Below are positions 1-9,199 of a stretch of 64,000 bases of DNA, in pieces (position 1 is the stretch's first letter; every line of letters begins with the position of its first letter). Source of the stretch: an uncultured delta proteobacterium. GTDB taxonomy: Bacteria; Myxococcota_A; Polyangia; Polyangiales; Polyangiaceae. The notes under the pieces are model-generated. The model ran no database searches. It saw only the letters and a list, made by a program, of their open reading frames with translations, and was not told where the DNA came from. The position numbers and the translations under genes are program-made. The DNA lies in the NCBI GenBank assembly GCA_963806225.1, contig CAWDXG010000004.1:3232001-3296000 (forward strand), in the 5' to 3' direction.

Positions 1-619
1 AGTTGACCTTGAGCCCGGCCCACGCCGTCATCGCTGCGTAGAACATGCCGAGCGAGTGCGGGAAGCGCTGCTCTTCCAGAAGCTCGACCTCCGCGCCGCG
101 ACCCACGCCGATGGTGGTCGTCGCCCATTCGCCGACCGCGTCGATCGTGACGACCGCGGCTTCCTCGAACGGGGACGGCAGAAAGGCGCTGGCGGCGTGC
201 GCGAGATGATGCGGCACGAACAGCACGCGCCCCTCGTACGAAAGCCCCTCGGCGATAGCGCGCTCGACCCACATCTTGCCGCCGAACAGCGAGCGGATGG
301 CGCGCGGGAATGCGCGGATCCCCCGCGGCGCGAAGCGCAGCTGGCTCTCGAGCACCCGCTCCACGTGCAGCGACGGGATCTCGTAGAACACCACCAGATC
401 GAGATCGTCGGACGTGATACCCGCGTCGGCGAGGCAGGCCCTCGACGCATGCACGGGGAAGTCGGCATCGTGCTTCAGGCGGCTCTCGCGTTCCTCCTGC
501 AGCGCGACGACGATCTCGCCGTCCTCCACCAGGCACGCAGCGCTGTCATGGTAGAAGGAGGAGAGTCCCAGCACACGCTTGCGGGCGGGAACGGCTGCCC
601 GCTCGGGCGACGCCAGCAT
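1..619 (-). CDS. Carbamoyltransferase, NodU/CmcH family, N-terminal part (runs off window edge)
   Basis: Manual minus-strand translation (not in the ORF track) gives RVLGLSSFYHDSAACLVEDG..QEER..KHD..FP, HHLAHAASAFLPSPFEEAA..D..GEWATTT and FPHSLGMFY..GLKVN. These are hallmark motifs of the family. ATG at 619 (alternative 631). Confidence 0.9.
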   Translation of the reverse strand, partial: MLASPERAAVPARKRVLGLSSFYHDSAACLVEDGEIVVALQEERESRLKHDADFPVHASRACLADAGITSDDLDLVVFYEIPSLHVERVLESQLRFAPRGIRAFPRAIRSLFGGKMWVERAIAEGLSYEGRVLFVPHHLAHAASAFLPSPFEEAAVVTIDAVGEWATTTIGVGRGAEVELLEEQRFPHSLGMFYAAMTAWAGLKVN

Positions 620-719
620 GGCGGCAAGCATGCCATGCGCGTCGAGCGCAGACCACGGCCGCGCAGGCCGGTCGGCTGCCACGGCGTACTGCCGTGCTAG
701 AGTGCCGCGAGGTCGGTCC

Positions 720-1898
720 GTGAACCGGAATGAGTCTCCACGCATCGAGCCCGCCGGGCGCCGTGTCGACGCGGCGGCGCGCCGTCTGCTCGGTCCGCTG
801 CTGGGGGCGGGCCCTTCCGCGTCGGGGTGGAGACTGGTCTCGTGGGACGCGGAACAGGGCCTGTCGCTGGTGTTCGGGCAGGGGCAGCGCTTCGTACTGG
901 TGGAGCTCGAAGCGCGCAACGACAAGCTCGACTGCTACGACCGGACGGCCCTGTTCAACATCTGCGCGCGCTCGCAGTTCACACCGGACGGCTCGCTCAC
1001 CCGCGAGGAGCGCGGCCTGGTAGAGGGTGTGGTGCGGTTCGTCGGATCGCGCGAGTCGCTGCTGACCGTCGACGAGCGCCCGACACCCCAGAAGAGCGAG
1101 GTCCGCGAGATCCTCGTCGATCGGGTGCTCATCCCCGAGGGCGCCACGCGCTACTACGTCAACCCCTACGCCGGCTGCATGATCGGCTGCTCGTTCTGCT
1201 ACGTCGCGGCCCGCGCCGACTTCTCGCGACGGTTGGAAGGAGCGCCGCCGCCCGAGTGGGGCCGCTGGGTCGACGTGAAGACGAACGCCGCCGAGGTGTT
1301 GGCACGCGAGGTCGAGCAGCATCCACCAGGCCTGGTCAGGATGAGCCCGATCCTCACCGACCCGTACCAGGCCATCGAGCGACGCTACCGCGTGACGCGA
1401 GCCTGCCTCGAAGTACTGCTCCACGCCGGCTATTCGCCAGCCATCCTGACGCGTGAATCGCGGGTGCTCGACGATCTGGATCTGCTCTCCGGACATGGCC
1501 GGGCGGCGGTAGGGTTCTCCATCCCGACGGACGACGACCAGCTGCGCAAGCAGTTCGAGCCGGGGGCGGACCGCATCGAGAACCGCTTCCAGGCCTTGCG
1601 CACGCTATCCGAGGCAGGCGTGCCGACCTGCGTGGTCGTGCAGCCCGTGCTGCCGATGAACGTGGAAGCTTTCGTGGAGCGGATCGCTCCCTGGGCGAAG
1701 GCGGTCCGGATCGACCGGATGTACTTCGGCGATCGCGTCCGGGCACGGTACGAGGCCGCCGGCATCGGTCACGCTGCGACGGTCGAGTACCAGACGGAGC
1801 TCGTGGAGGAGCTCGGCGAACGCTTCGAGCGCGCTGGATTGATTGTCGATCGCAGCGACAACCTCGCGGGCATCATCGAGGAGCTGCTGGCGGGCTGA
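720..1898 (+). CDS. Radical SAM protein, spore-photoproduct-lyase/Rv2578c-like, with N-terminal accessory domain
   Basis: NPYAGCMIGCSFCY (CxxxCxxC) and TDPYQAIERRYRVTR motifs. GTG start at 720 chosen to avoid overlap with the divergent carbamoyltransferase. Confidence 0.85.
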   Translation: MNRNESPRIEPAGRRVDAAARRLLGPLLGAGPSASGWRLVSWDAEQGLSLVFGQGQRFVLVELEARNDKLDCYDRTALFNICARSQFTPDGSLTREERGLVEGVVRFVGSRESLLTVDERPTPQKSEVREILVDRVLIPEGATRYYVNPYAGCMIGCSFCYVAARADFSRRLEGAPPPEWGRWVDVKTNAAEVLAREVEQHPPGLVRMSPILTDPYQAIERRYRVTRACLEVLLHAGYSPAILTRESRVLDDLDLLSGHGRAAVGFSIPTDDDQLRKQFEPGADRIENRFQALRTLSEAGVPTCVVVQPVLPMNVEAFVERIAPWAKAVRIDRMYFGDRVRARYEAAGIGHAATVEYQTELVEELGERFERAGLIVDRSDNLAGIIEELLAG

Positions 1899-1937
1899 GC
1901 TCATGATGCGCGAGCACGAACCGAAGGAGCAGCCAGC

Positions 1938-2819
1938 GTGACGCGCGGCACGGACTGGGAGCGTGCGCGGGAGCTCCGCGACGCGCTGTGGGCCGACGAC
2001 AGCGACGACCGGGGCCTTGTGCTCACCGACGCGGTGCTGGCGCGCTTCAAGCACGACCTTCACGAGTACTCCGATATCCTCGAGTGGTCGCTCTGCGAGG
2101 ACGCGCACGGCCTGGACCTCGGACGCTTCTCGTACGCTTTTCCGGGATACCGGAAGGCTCCACGCGAGACCGCCGGGGCCCTGATCGCGTGGGCCGAAGG
2201 GCTCGGAGAAGCCGCCGGCCGTGCGGCACGTTCTGTGATGCGCGCGGCACGCCACCCGGCGGTCGATCAGGTGTTGATCGGATACGCGCGCGGCGCGAAA
2301 ACACCGGAACGTGCCAAGTTCTATCTGCAGTTCGGTAGCGGCGCCGGCCCGGCCGCGCTGGAGCTGGCGCACACGGTGCTCGGCACCGACCGCAAGACGC
2401 AATCCGACCAGCTCCCGCTGCATCTGCTGGGCCTCGATGTCGGTGCCGGGGGTCTGTCCGGAGCCAAGCTCTATTTCGTGGAGGCCGGGCGCGGGCCGCG
2501 TTTCGACACCTGGCCGGTGCCTCTCGCGAACACACTCTGCATCCACCGGCTGCAGGGGCCGGACGACCCGGGTTTCGAGCTGCCGAGCGAGATCGACTTC
2601 CCGCTGCCGGAAAACGACCTCACCTGGGCTGAGCTGTCGAGCTCACCTCTGATGGCGCCCTTCGCCCGGGCGCGCCAGCGCTTCGACGAGCTGGGCGCGC
2701 GCTTCCGTCTCCGCGCGCGGCGGGCATCGCTATCCCTCGGTACGGCGCCCAAGCTCAACGTGTACTACGTGCTGGACGAAGTGGAAGGCAGCGGCGTGAA
2801 CCCCTCCGGCGGGGGCTGA
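1938..2819 (+). CDS. Hypothetical protein, possible ABBA-fold LynF/TruF/PatF-like prenyltransferase
   Basis: 293 aa. Strand pattern LEWSL..GRFSY, QVLIGY..RAKFYLQF, LLGLD..AKLYF, LNVYY resembles cyanobactin F-type prenyltransferases. Recognition by eye only. Confidence 0.45.
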   Translation: MTRGTDWERARELRDALWADDSDDRGLVLTDAVLARFKHDLHEYSDILEWSLCEDAHGLDLGRFSYAFPGYRKAPRETAGALIAWAEGLGEAAGRAARSVMRAARHPAVDQVLIGYARGAKTPERAKFYLQFGSGAGPAALELAHTVLGTDRKTQSDQLPLHLLGLDVGAGGLSGAKLYFVEAGRGPRFDTWPVPLANTLCIHRLQGPDDPGFELPSEIDFPLPENDLTWAELSSSPLMAPFARARQRFDELGARFRLRARRASLSLGTAPKLNVYYVLDEVEGSGVNPSGGG

Positions 2820-3601
2820 AACCAGCACGTCGGCGCGAGCTTCGACGAGCGGCTGATGGCGTGGATGATCAGCGCACGCCGCGGCCTGTCAGCGCGGTTC
2901 GGCCCGGAAGCGTGGATGGCCCGGCCGTGCACGAACGCGACGCTGCCGCGACGCATCGGCAGGAGCGTGGGCTCGTAGTCCTGTTCGCGCGGGACCTTGC
3001 CGTGCGCCGGCACGAAGCCGTCCGGTTCCATCTTCAGCGTCACGTGGAGCGGTTCGCGGTGCGTTCCCGGCGCCACCTGGAGCGCGCCATTTTCCGCGTC
3101 CGCGTCGTCCAGCGCCAGGAAAGCGAGCACGAGCGATTCCGGCTCGGTGGTGATGTAGGCCGCATCCTGGTGCGCTCCGAACTGAACGAGATCGGAGTGC
3201 GGCTGCTTGTAGACAACGGCGGACTGCGCGATCACTGCCTCGGGCGTGAGCTCGGCCAGCGTGCCGCCGATGCCCGGGAGCTGTGCGATCGCGCCAAAAA
3301 GCTCGTCGACGAGATGCAGCCCGTGCCCGACGCGCAACGCGAACGGCTCCCAGTCCTGCGCACGTCCGGGCATCGGCCCGCGCGAGGTGTCCCAGCAGAC
3401 CGAGGCGTCGTGCTGCGACCGTCGCAGGATCTCCCAGAACTCCAGCGTAGGGCGCGCGCCCGACAAGTGCTCGCCCGCACAGCGTTCGATCAACGTCGAG
3501 AGCCGTGCGCGGAGCGTGTCGACCGTCCCTTCGTCCAGGACACCCGGGCGGACGAAGTAGCCGTCTCGTTCGAATGCCTCGCGTTCCGTCGGCGAGAGCA
3601 T
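2765..3601 (-). CDS. Phytanoyl-CoA dioxygenase (PhyH) family Fe(II)/2-oxoglutarate oxygenase
   Basis: FERDGYFV, HQD facial-triad motif, ENGALQVAPGTH and HASGPNR..RR. Start abuts the stop of the upstream Rieske gene. Confidence 0.9.
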   Translation of the reverse strand: MLSPTEREAFERDGYFVRPGVLDEGTVDTLRARLSTLIERCAGEHLSGARPTLEFWEILRRSQHDASVCWDTSRGPMPGRAQDWEPFALRVGHGLHLVDELFGAIAQLPGIGGTLAELTPEAVIAQSAVVYKQPHSDLVQFGAHQDAAYITTEPESLVLAFLALDDADAENGALQVAPGTHREPLHVTLKMEPDGFVPAHGKVPREQDYEPTLLPMRRGSVAFVHGRAIHASGPNRADRPRRALIIHAISRSSKLAPTCWFQPPPEGFTPLPSTSSST

Positions 3602-4821
3602 CAGGATGCCTCCTCCCCTTCCAGCCAGCGCTCGAGAACTCCGTGCATGTGGGCGATGCACAGCTCGCCGTCGGTGATGCGCAGGCTGGACAGGCCCCGC
3701 GAGCGCATCCCGGCCTGAAGGCGCGGCAGCAGGTTGACGTCGGCGTCCATGACGGGACCGAGCTTCCGCTCCCCGTGGCGGAAGCGCAGACGCTGCGCTT
3801 CAGGAGCCGGTCCATCGCCCGCCCGCACGAAGCCGAGCTCGTCGAACCAGCAGCGTCCTGGATCGGTCGGGTGCGGACGGTGCCGGTACATCTCGAGCGA
3901 GAGCGGCAGGAAGTTCAGCTGCACGTTCGGAAAGACGTGGACCTGCTGTTTCACCGTCAGCCGCTCGTCGGACACATCCGGCAGCCCGGTACCGAGCTCG
4001 GTCAGTCGCTGGCGGAAGGCGCGCGCGATAGCGGGGCGCACGTCGCGCATGCGCCCGTCGCCCGGAAAGTCCGCGGCACCGAACGCCTGGAGCAGCTCGC
4101 GGAGCGGCCCGGACACGGGTGCGTCCGGCTCGACGTCGCGCGAAGGCTGGCCGAGCACCAGCGACTGGGCCGAGTGATCGCCGCAGAGCTCGTAGGCCGC
4201 GGTCCGGACGTCCGCGACCTCCAGCAGCGAGGGATGGAGCATGGGGACGTGATACCCCTCGTTGTTCACGTCGGCGGACGCTTTCCAGTTCGCTTCCACC
4301 TCGACCACGCTCTCGTTCTTCAGCCGATACTGCTCGGGCCGATAGGCGGCCAGGAAGTGCGCGACCGGGGCGAGATAGTCGTCGATCCGGGGAGGCGTCG
4401 CCGAAAGGCAGACCCAGATGAACCCGAAGCGTTCGGCGACGTGCACGGGGCTGAGCCGGATGGGCTCGCCGTCCGCATCCGCCGCAGCCGCTCCTGCTCC
4501 GGGCGCGTTCGAGAGCCGTCCGTCGAGGGCGTATTCCCAGTGGTGATAGGGACAGCGGAAGGACCTGGTCCGCCCGCGCTCTTCCGCGCACAGGAGCGCC
4601 CCGCGGTGCTGGCACACGTTGTAGAAGGCGCGCAGCGCGCCGTCCGCGTCGCGGGTCAGTAGGATCGACTCTCCCGCGATCTCGAACACCGAGAACGACT
4701 GCGACTCGAGCTCGGAACAATGCGCCGCGAGCAGCCACGCTCGGCCGAACACGCGGTCCAGCTCCTGTGCGAGCCAGTCGGGAGACGTGTATCGCTCCGC
4801 GGGAACGCTCCGCTGCGTCAT
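3601..4821 (-). CDS. Rieske aromatic-ring-hydroxylating oxygenase alpha subunit
   Basis: Rieske ligands CQHRG...CPYHHW and catalytic NWK..EGYHVPMLH. ATG overlaps the upstream stop (ATGA). Confidence 0.92.
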   Translation of the reverse strand: MTQRSVPAERYTSPDWLAQELDRVFGRAWLLAAHCSELESQSFSVFEIAGESILLTRDADGALRAFYNVCQHRGALLCAEERGRTRSFRCPYHHWEYALDGRLSNAPGAGAAAADADGEPIRLSPVHVAERFGFIWVCLSATPPRIDDYLAPVAHFLAAYRPEQYRLKNESVVEVEANWKASADVNNEGYHVPMLHPSLLEVADVRTAAYELCGDHSAQSLVLGQPSRDVEPDAPVSGPLRELLQAFGAADFPGDGRMRDVRPAIARAFRQRLTELGTGLPDVSDERLTVKQQVHVFPNVQLNFLPLSLEMYRHRPHPTDPGRCWFDELGFVRAGDGPAPEAQRLRFRHGERKLGPVMDADVNLLPRLQAGMRSRGLSSLRITDGELCIAHMHGVLERWLEGEEAS

Positions 4822-6152
4822 CCGGGCAGACCCCGTCCTCCGGTGTCGCGAGCGACGATGACGCCGGCCACCGCAGCAGCAAGGCGCTGTGCGTCCTCCT
4901 CCATCGGCGGCGGAACGCGCGTGTAGACCAGGTTGAAGCTCGCCGTGCGGGTGAAGGCGGGACGGCGCTCGTCCAGCGGATGCAGACGGATCTCGACGTG
5001 ATCCGGGCCCCGCTCGAACTTCAGCGCGAGCATCGCCACGCCGCGCCCCAGTGCGGCGCCCGCAAGCCGGAACCCCTCCAGCTCCATGCCGACAGCGAGC
5101 TCGAACGTCACGAGCCACGCCGCGATCTCGTCCGCATGCGATCGCTTGTCGACGGAGTCCTTCACCAGGGAGCGCGTCTCGACGCGCGCTGCGTTGTCCC
5201 CTTCCCTGCGATCCTCGAGGCGAACGGGTGCCAGCAGCGATTCCTCCCACCCGTGCTGGCGGATGTAGCTGTGGCTGAGCCCGGAGCACGACCGGGCGGC
5301 GTCGGCACACACCCCCTCGTAGATGCACGAGTAGGCGGGCTCCCGCGTCCAGTACTCGTCGGCGATCAGCGCCGCCGGCTGCGAGTCGTCCAGGTAGCGG
5401 GCAAGAGGCCCGAGCAGGCAGCGCGGATACCATTTGACGACCGGCGGGATCCCCGCCGAAAGCAGGCGCTCGAGCGCGGCCCGGAGATACGGCTGGACAT
5501 CGCCGACGCGCGCCGACATGCCGCGCTCGGCTTCCTCGTCGGCCCGCGGCCAGTAGTTCCAGAACTCCATGGACTGCGGAGAAAATGGAGCAATGCGTTC
5601 GACGATTTCCTCGAGCCGCTGGTAGTTGTCCGCGACGATCGCGGTGTTCGTCGTCAGGCCGGCGCCCTCGCCCACGATGTTCTCGATACCGGCGATAATC
5701 GAGTCGAACGCGCCGTCGCGCTGCACGATGCGATCGTAGAGCTTTTCATCGGGCGCGTGGAACGAGACGAAGTACTCGTCGATTCCGGCGTCGAGGAGCG
5801 TCTTCAGGTACTCCCGCTTCGCCAGCCGGGTAGCGTTCGTCTGGACCCGCACATGCTCGATGCCGGGCAGCGAACGGGCCAGCTCGGCATACGCCGGCAA
5901 CTGCTTGGAAAGGGTCACCTCGCCGCCGCTGAAAATGATGCGTGAGACGCCTTCCAGCTTCGTCCTGTCGGCCACGGCGCTCCGGAATTCCTCGAGCGAC
6001 GTGCCCGGCAACACGGTCAGCACGTCTTCAACCATGCAGAACGTGCAGGCGATGTTGCAGTGGAATGCGAAGGTCACCATCAGGCTCTCTTCGGGCCACG
6101 CGGGGGCCGGCGGAAGCCAGCGGTCGGCGGAGGGGGCGCTAGAAACTGCCAT
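4818..6152 (-). CDS. Radical SAM protein, HxsC-like, with C-terminal accessory domain
   Basis: HCNIACTFC, FSGGEV, VQTNATRL and a Cys cluster CIYEGVC..SCSG. Confidence 0.85.
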   Translation of the reverse strand: MAVSSAPSADRWLPPAPAWPEESLMVTFAFHCNIACTFCMVEDVLTVLPGTSLEEFRSAVADRTKLEGVSRIIFSGGEVTLSKQLPAYAELARSLPGIEHVRVQTNATRLAKREYLKTLLDAGIDEYFVSFHAPDEKLYDRIVQRDGAFDSIIAGIENIVGEGAGLTTNTAIVADNYQRLEEIVERIAPFSPQSMEFWNYWPRADEEAERGMSARVGDVQPYLRAALERLLSAGIPPVVKWYPRCLLGPLARYLDDSQPAALIADEYWTREPAYSCIYEGVCADAARSCSGLSHSYIRQHGWEESLLAPVRLEDRREGDNAARVETRSLVKDSVDKRSHADEIAAWLVTFELAVGMELEGFRLAGAALGRGVAMLALKFERGPDHVEIRLHPLDERRPAFTRTASFNLVYTRVPPPMEEDAQRLAAAVAGVIVARDTGGRGLPG

Positions 6153-6969
6153 AGATCCCCGTCTTCACCGGCGTCGCGCCCCCGTCCGTCGCGCGGAAGT
6201 CGATCCCGACATCCCACAACAGGTGGTTCAGCTCCTTTTCGCGGCCATCGACGAAGGCCGAGAGCTCCTCGGGCCAACCTTGATCCTCGAGGAAGCGCAT
6301 CAGCGCGCGGGTCGTGACGCGCGAGAAGTAGAGCGCGTCGGCCCGTCGCTTGTTGGCGACGCAGATCTTGCGACAGTTGAACAGATGGGGCGGCATCAGC
6401 CGTTCGAGTCGATCGCGCTCGGGGTCGAAGTGCACGCAGGCGCGGAGCCGGTGCAGGATGTCGTCTATCTCCGAGCGCGCGTGGTGGAACGTGTAGACGT
6501 TCTCGAACACCGCTCCGTCGCCGGAGCACTTGTACGAGCGCATGTCGACGTAGATGTCCAGCGCGGACGCCGCTTCGCGGCGAAGCTTTGGGCCGTCTAT
6601 CTCGACGCTGAACATGTGCCACGGCAACGGGCGCGGCTCGCGACCTTCCACCTCGACGTGCGGAGCCAGGATGCGGGTGAGATTCGGGATCGAGATGTCG
6701 GCGTGCTCCCGCTTGAAGTCGTAGAAGTACAGTTCCCAGCCGAGCGCCCGTCGTGCGTGATGCCACTTGATGCCCCACACGGTACGGAACGGCCCGAGAC
6801 CACGGCGCACCGCGTTCATCAGTGCGACGCCTTCCTTCTCCACACCGCCCAGGGCAAAGGACTCCACCAGCACGTTCAGCGAACGCAGCTTGTCGACCGC
6901 CGACGCCACCGGCTCGTATTCCAGGAGGACGTAGTCGTGGAAGCAATCGTCCGGCCCACAGCTCTCCAT
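6139..6969 (-). CDS. Hypothetical protein heading the rSAM/Rieske/PhyH operon
   Basis: Natural-looking composition from MESCGPDD onward (WGIKW..WELYFYD, LWDVGIDF). Overlaps the start of the downstream rSAM gene. Start uncertain. Confidence 0.75.
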   Translation of the reverse strand: MESCGPDDCFHDYVLLEYEPVASAVDKLRSLNVLVESFALGGVEKEGVALMNAVRRGLGPFRTVWGIKWHHARRALGWELYFYDFKREHADISIPNLTRILAPHVEVEGREPRPLPWHMFSVEIDGPKLRREAASALDIYVDMRSYKCSGDGAVFENVYTFHHARSEIDDILHRLRACVHFDPERDRLERLMPPHLFNCRKICVANKRRADALYFSRVTTRALMRFLEDQGWPEELSAFVDGREKELNHLLWDVGIDFRATDGGATPVKTGIYGSF

Positions 6970-7222
6970 CGGCGTGGTCGCAAGCCGCGGCCGCTGGGCC
7001 TGGATCGGGGCGATGGGGAGCGCCGCGCGGGAGCGGGAGTTCTCGGTGGGCACTGCCTGGCAAAGCGTCCCAGCATCGGGCAGGAGCGTCAAGACGACGG
7101 GAAACGCGGAACGGAAGCGGAGAAGCGCACTCGTCGCGGTACGGCAGCCGCAAACGATCCGGGCTAGAATCCCGGCACGCATGGCCGAACGCGACAGCAC
7201 CGGACCCGCGATCGGAGGTCGC

Positions 7223-9199
7223 ATGCACGACGCGCTGATGCTCCTGCCTCCGGACTTCGACGCGCCGCCGCGGCACATTAGCATGCGATTCCCGCCACTT
7301 GGGCCGGCGGTCGTGGCTGCGAGCACGGCCGCGCTGGGGCTCCGCTTCCGCGCTGTGGACCTCGTTGTCGAGTGCGAGCGACGACCGCTGTTGCACGACT
7401 CCGCGCCGCTGCAGGACACGGGACGCGTCGCCGCGCATCTCGGCACGGCTCCCGACCTCGCGATCGAGGCTGCGATCGACGAGCTGATCGAGCGCGTCGA
7501 GCAGGCCGGCGGGCGCGCACAGCTCGTCGCCATCTCGGTCGACCGCGGCAGCCAGACTCCGCTCGTGGCGGCGCTGGCCGTCGAGCTCAAGCGCCGCTGG
7601 GGCGCGCGTCTCATCGTCGGCGGCGTGTCGATGCGCAATCTCCACGCGCTGCTCGAGCGGACGGGAGCGCTCGGGCCCGATGTGGTCACCACGGCTTCCA
7701 CGCCGGCGCAGATCGCACGCGCCTTCGACGTCCTGATCGAGCTGCCCGAAAACCGTCTCGGCCCACCGATCGAGCCGAACGAGGATCTCGTGCAGCTGGT
7801 CCGCAGCGGCATGCGCGCGGCCCCGGCCGCGGATGGGTGGCCGATGCCGGATTTCTCGCTCTACGACCTCCGGCAGTATCGGCGCGACCTGCTGCAGGCC
7901 GATCGCGGGCGGGAGCACGCCGGACCGACGCTCGAGCCCTCCGTCGTGCTTCCGTATTTCTTCTCCTTCGAGTGCCAGTACTCGTGTGCTTTCTGCCAGA
8001 CAGGGGGCACCCAGTCCGCCAAGACGCCGGACCAGGTCGTGCGCGAGCTAGCTCTGCTGTCCGAGCGCTGGGGCGTCGGGGAATTCATGTTCTTCGACAC
8101 GCAGATCAATCTGCTCGCCGAACCGCTATCGCGCGCGCTCGTCGATGCGCGACTGGATCTGCGATGGTCCGACTCGCTACGCGTGCGTCCGCTCTCGCCG
8201 GGCCTGCTCGAGCTCATGGCGCGCGCCGGTTGCTCCAGCATCACGGTCGGCGTGGAGTCCGCTTCCCCGCGGGTGCTCAAGGCGATGGTCAAGGGGCATC
8301 TGCCGGAGCACGCTTCGGCGATGGTGCGCGAGGCCCACGCTTGCGAAATGCTGCTCCGGGTCAACATCCTCACCTGCTTTCCCGGTGAGACGGAGGACGA
8401 GCTCGCCGAGACCTGTGCGTGGGTCCGCGAACACGCCTTCGCGATCGACGACCTGGCGCCCTCGTCGTTCTACCTCACGGCGGACTCGCCCATCGGACGA
8501 CGCCCGGAACGCTTCGGTATCGTGCTACGCGGGGCGCGTTCGCTCTCCGGCCGCAACCGGTTCCGGAAGTCGCCCGACTCGCTCGCCTACGACGAGGTCG
8601 ATGGCTACTCGTGGGAGGAACGCGCGCAGATGCTAGACGCGAGCGAGGCACAGGTGCGTGCCGCCTGGAACGAGGGCCGCGCCGGGAATGGATTCTCCGG
8701 CGCTCTCAGCCCTTCCACCATGCTGGCCATGCGCCGGCGCTTCGCAACGAAACGCGAGATCCACGAGTATCTGTCCCCGCAGAAACCGGAAGCGCGTGTG
8801 GAAATGGAGCAGCGCGCCGAGCCGCTGACCGCGCACTTGGTCTCGCCCCGCCGGCCAGCGCCTGCGCTAGAGCGCGTCTTCGCGCTCGCTTTCGAGGAGG
8901 CTCTTCCATCGATCGCCAGCCGCCTCGTGCCGGACGCCACGGCCCACGCGCTACTGTTTCCGGACGGCAGCTTCTGCTTCTTCCGTGGCTCGATCGTGCG
9001 CGATTCGCGCGAACAGGCGCGCGCGATCACCGTGGACGAGCGCCTGGGGGCCGTCGTGGGGCCGGCCGCTCGCGACGCCCGCGCCGCGGCGTTGAACAGC
9101 GGTGCCCGGCTCGGCGCCGGCGCCATCAGGTCGACGCTGGGCCGCGTTCTGGTGTTGAGCTTCAAGGTCTCGACGCGAGCGGAAAGCGAACCGGCGTGA
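7223..9199 (+). CDS. Cobalamin-binding (class B) radical SAM protein
   Basis: N-terminal PPLG..IVGG B12-binding-like region, ECQYSCAFC, GC..ITVGVES and FPGETE. GGAGG RBS before ATG 7223. Confidence 0.85.
   Translation: MHDALMLLPPDFDAPPRHISMRFPPLGPAVVAASTAALGLRFRAVDLVVECERRPLLHDSAPLQDTGRVAAHLGTAPDLAIEAAIDELIERVEQAGGRAQLVAISVDRGSQTPLVAALAVELKRRWGARLIVGGVSMRNLHALLERTGALGPDVVTTASTPAQIARAFDVLIELPENRLGPPIEPNEDLVQLVRSGMRAAPAADGWPMPDFSLYDLRQYRRDLLQADRGREHAGPTLEPSVVLPYFFSFECQYSCAFCQTGGTQSAKTPDQVVRELALLSERWGVGEFMFFDTQINLLAEPLSRALVDARLDLRWSDSLRVRPLSPGLLELMARAGCSSITVGVESASPRVLKAMVKGHLPEHASAMVREAHACEMLLRVNILTCFPGETEDELAETCAWVREHAFAIDDLAPSSFYLTADSPIGRRPERFGIVLRGARSLSGRNRFRKSPDSLAYDEVDGYSWEERAQMLDASEAQVRAAWNEGRAGNGFSGALSPSTMLAMRRRFATKREIHEYLSPQKPEARVEMEQRAEPLTAHLVSPRRPAPALERVFALAFEEALPSIASRLVPDATAHALLFPDGSFCFFRGSIVRDSREQARAITVDERLGAVVGPAARDARAAALNSGARLGAGAIRSTLGRVLVLSFKVSTRAESEPA

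Noticed and set aside
56..700. 214-aa plus-strand ORF
   Set aside because: Antisense shadow of the carbamoyltransferase.
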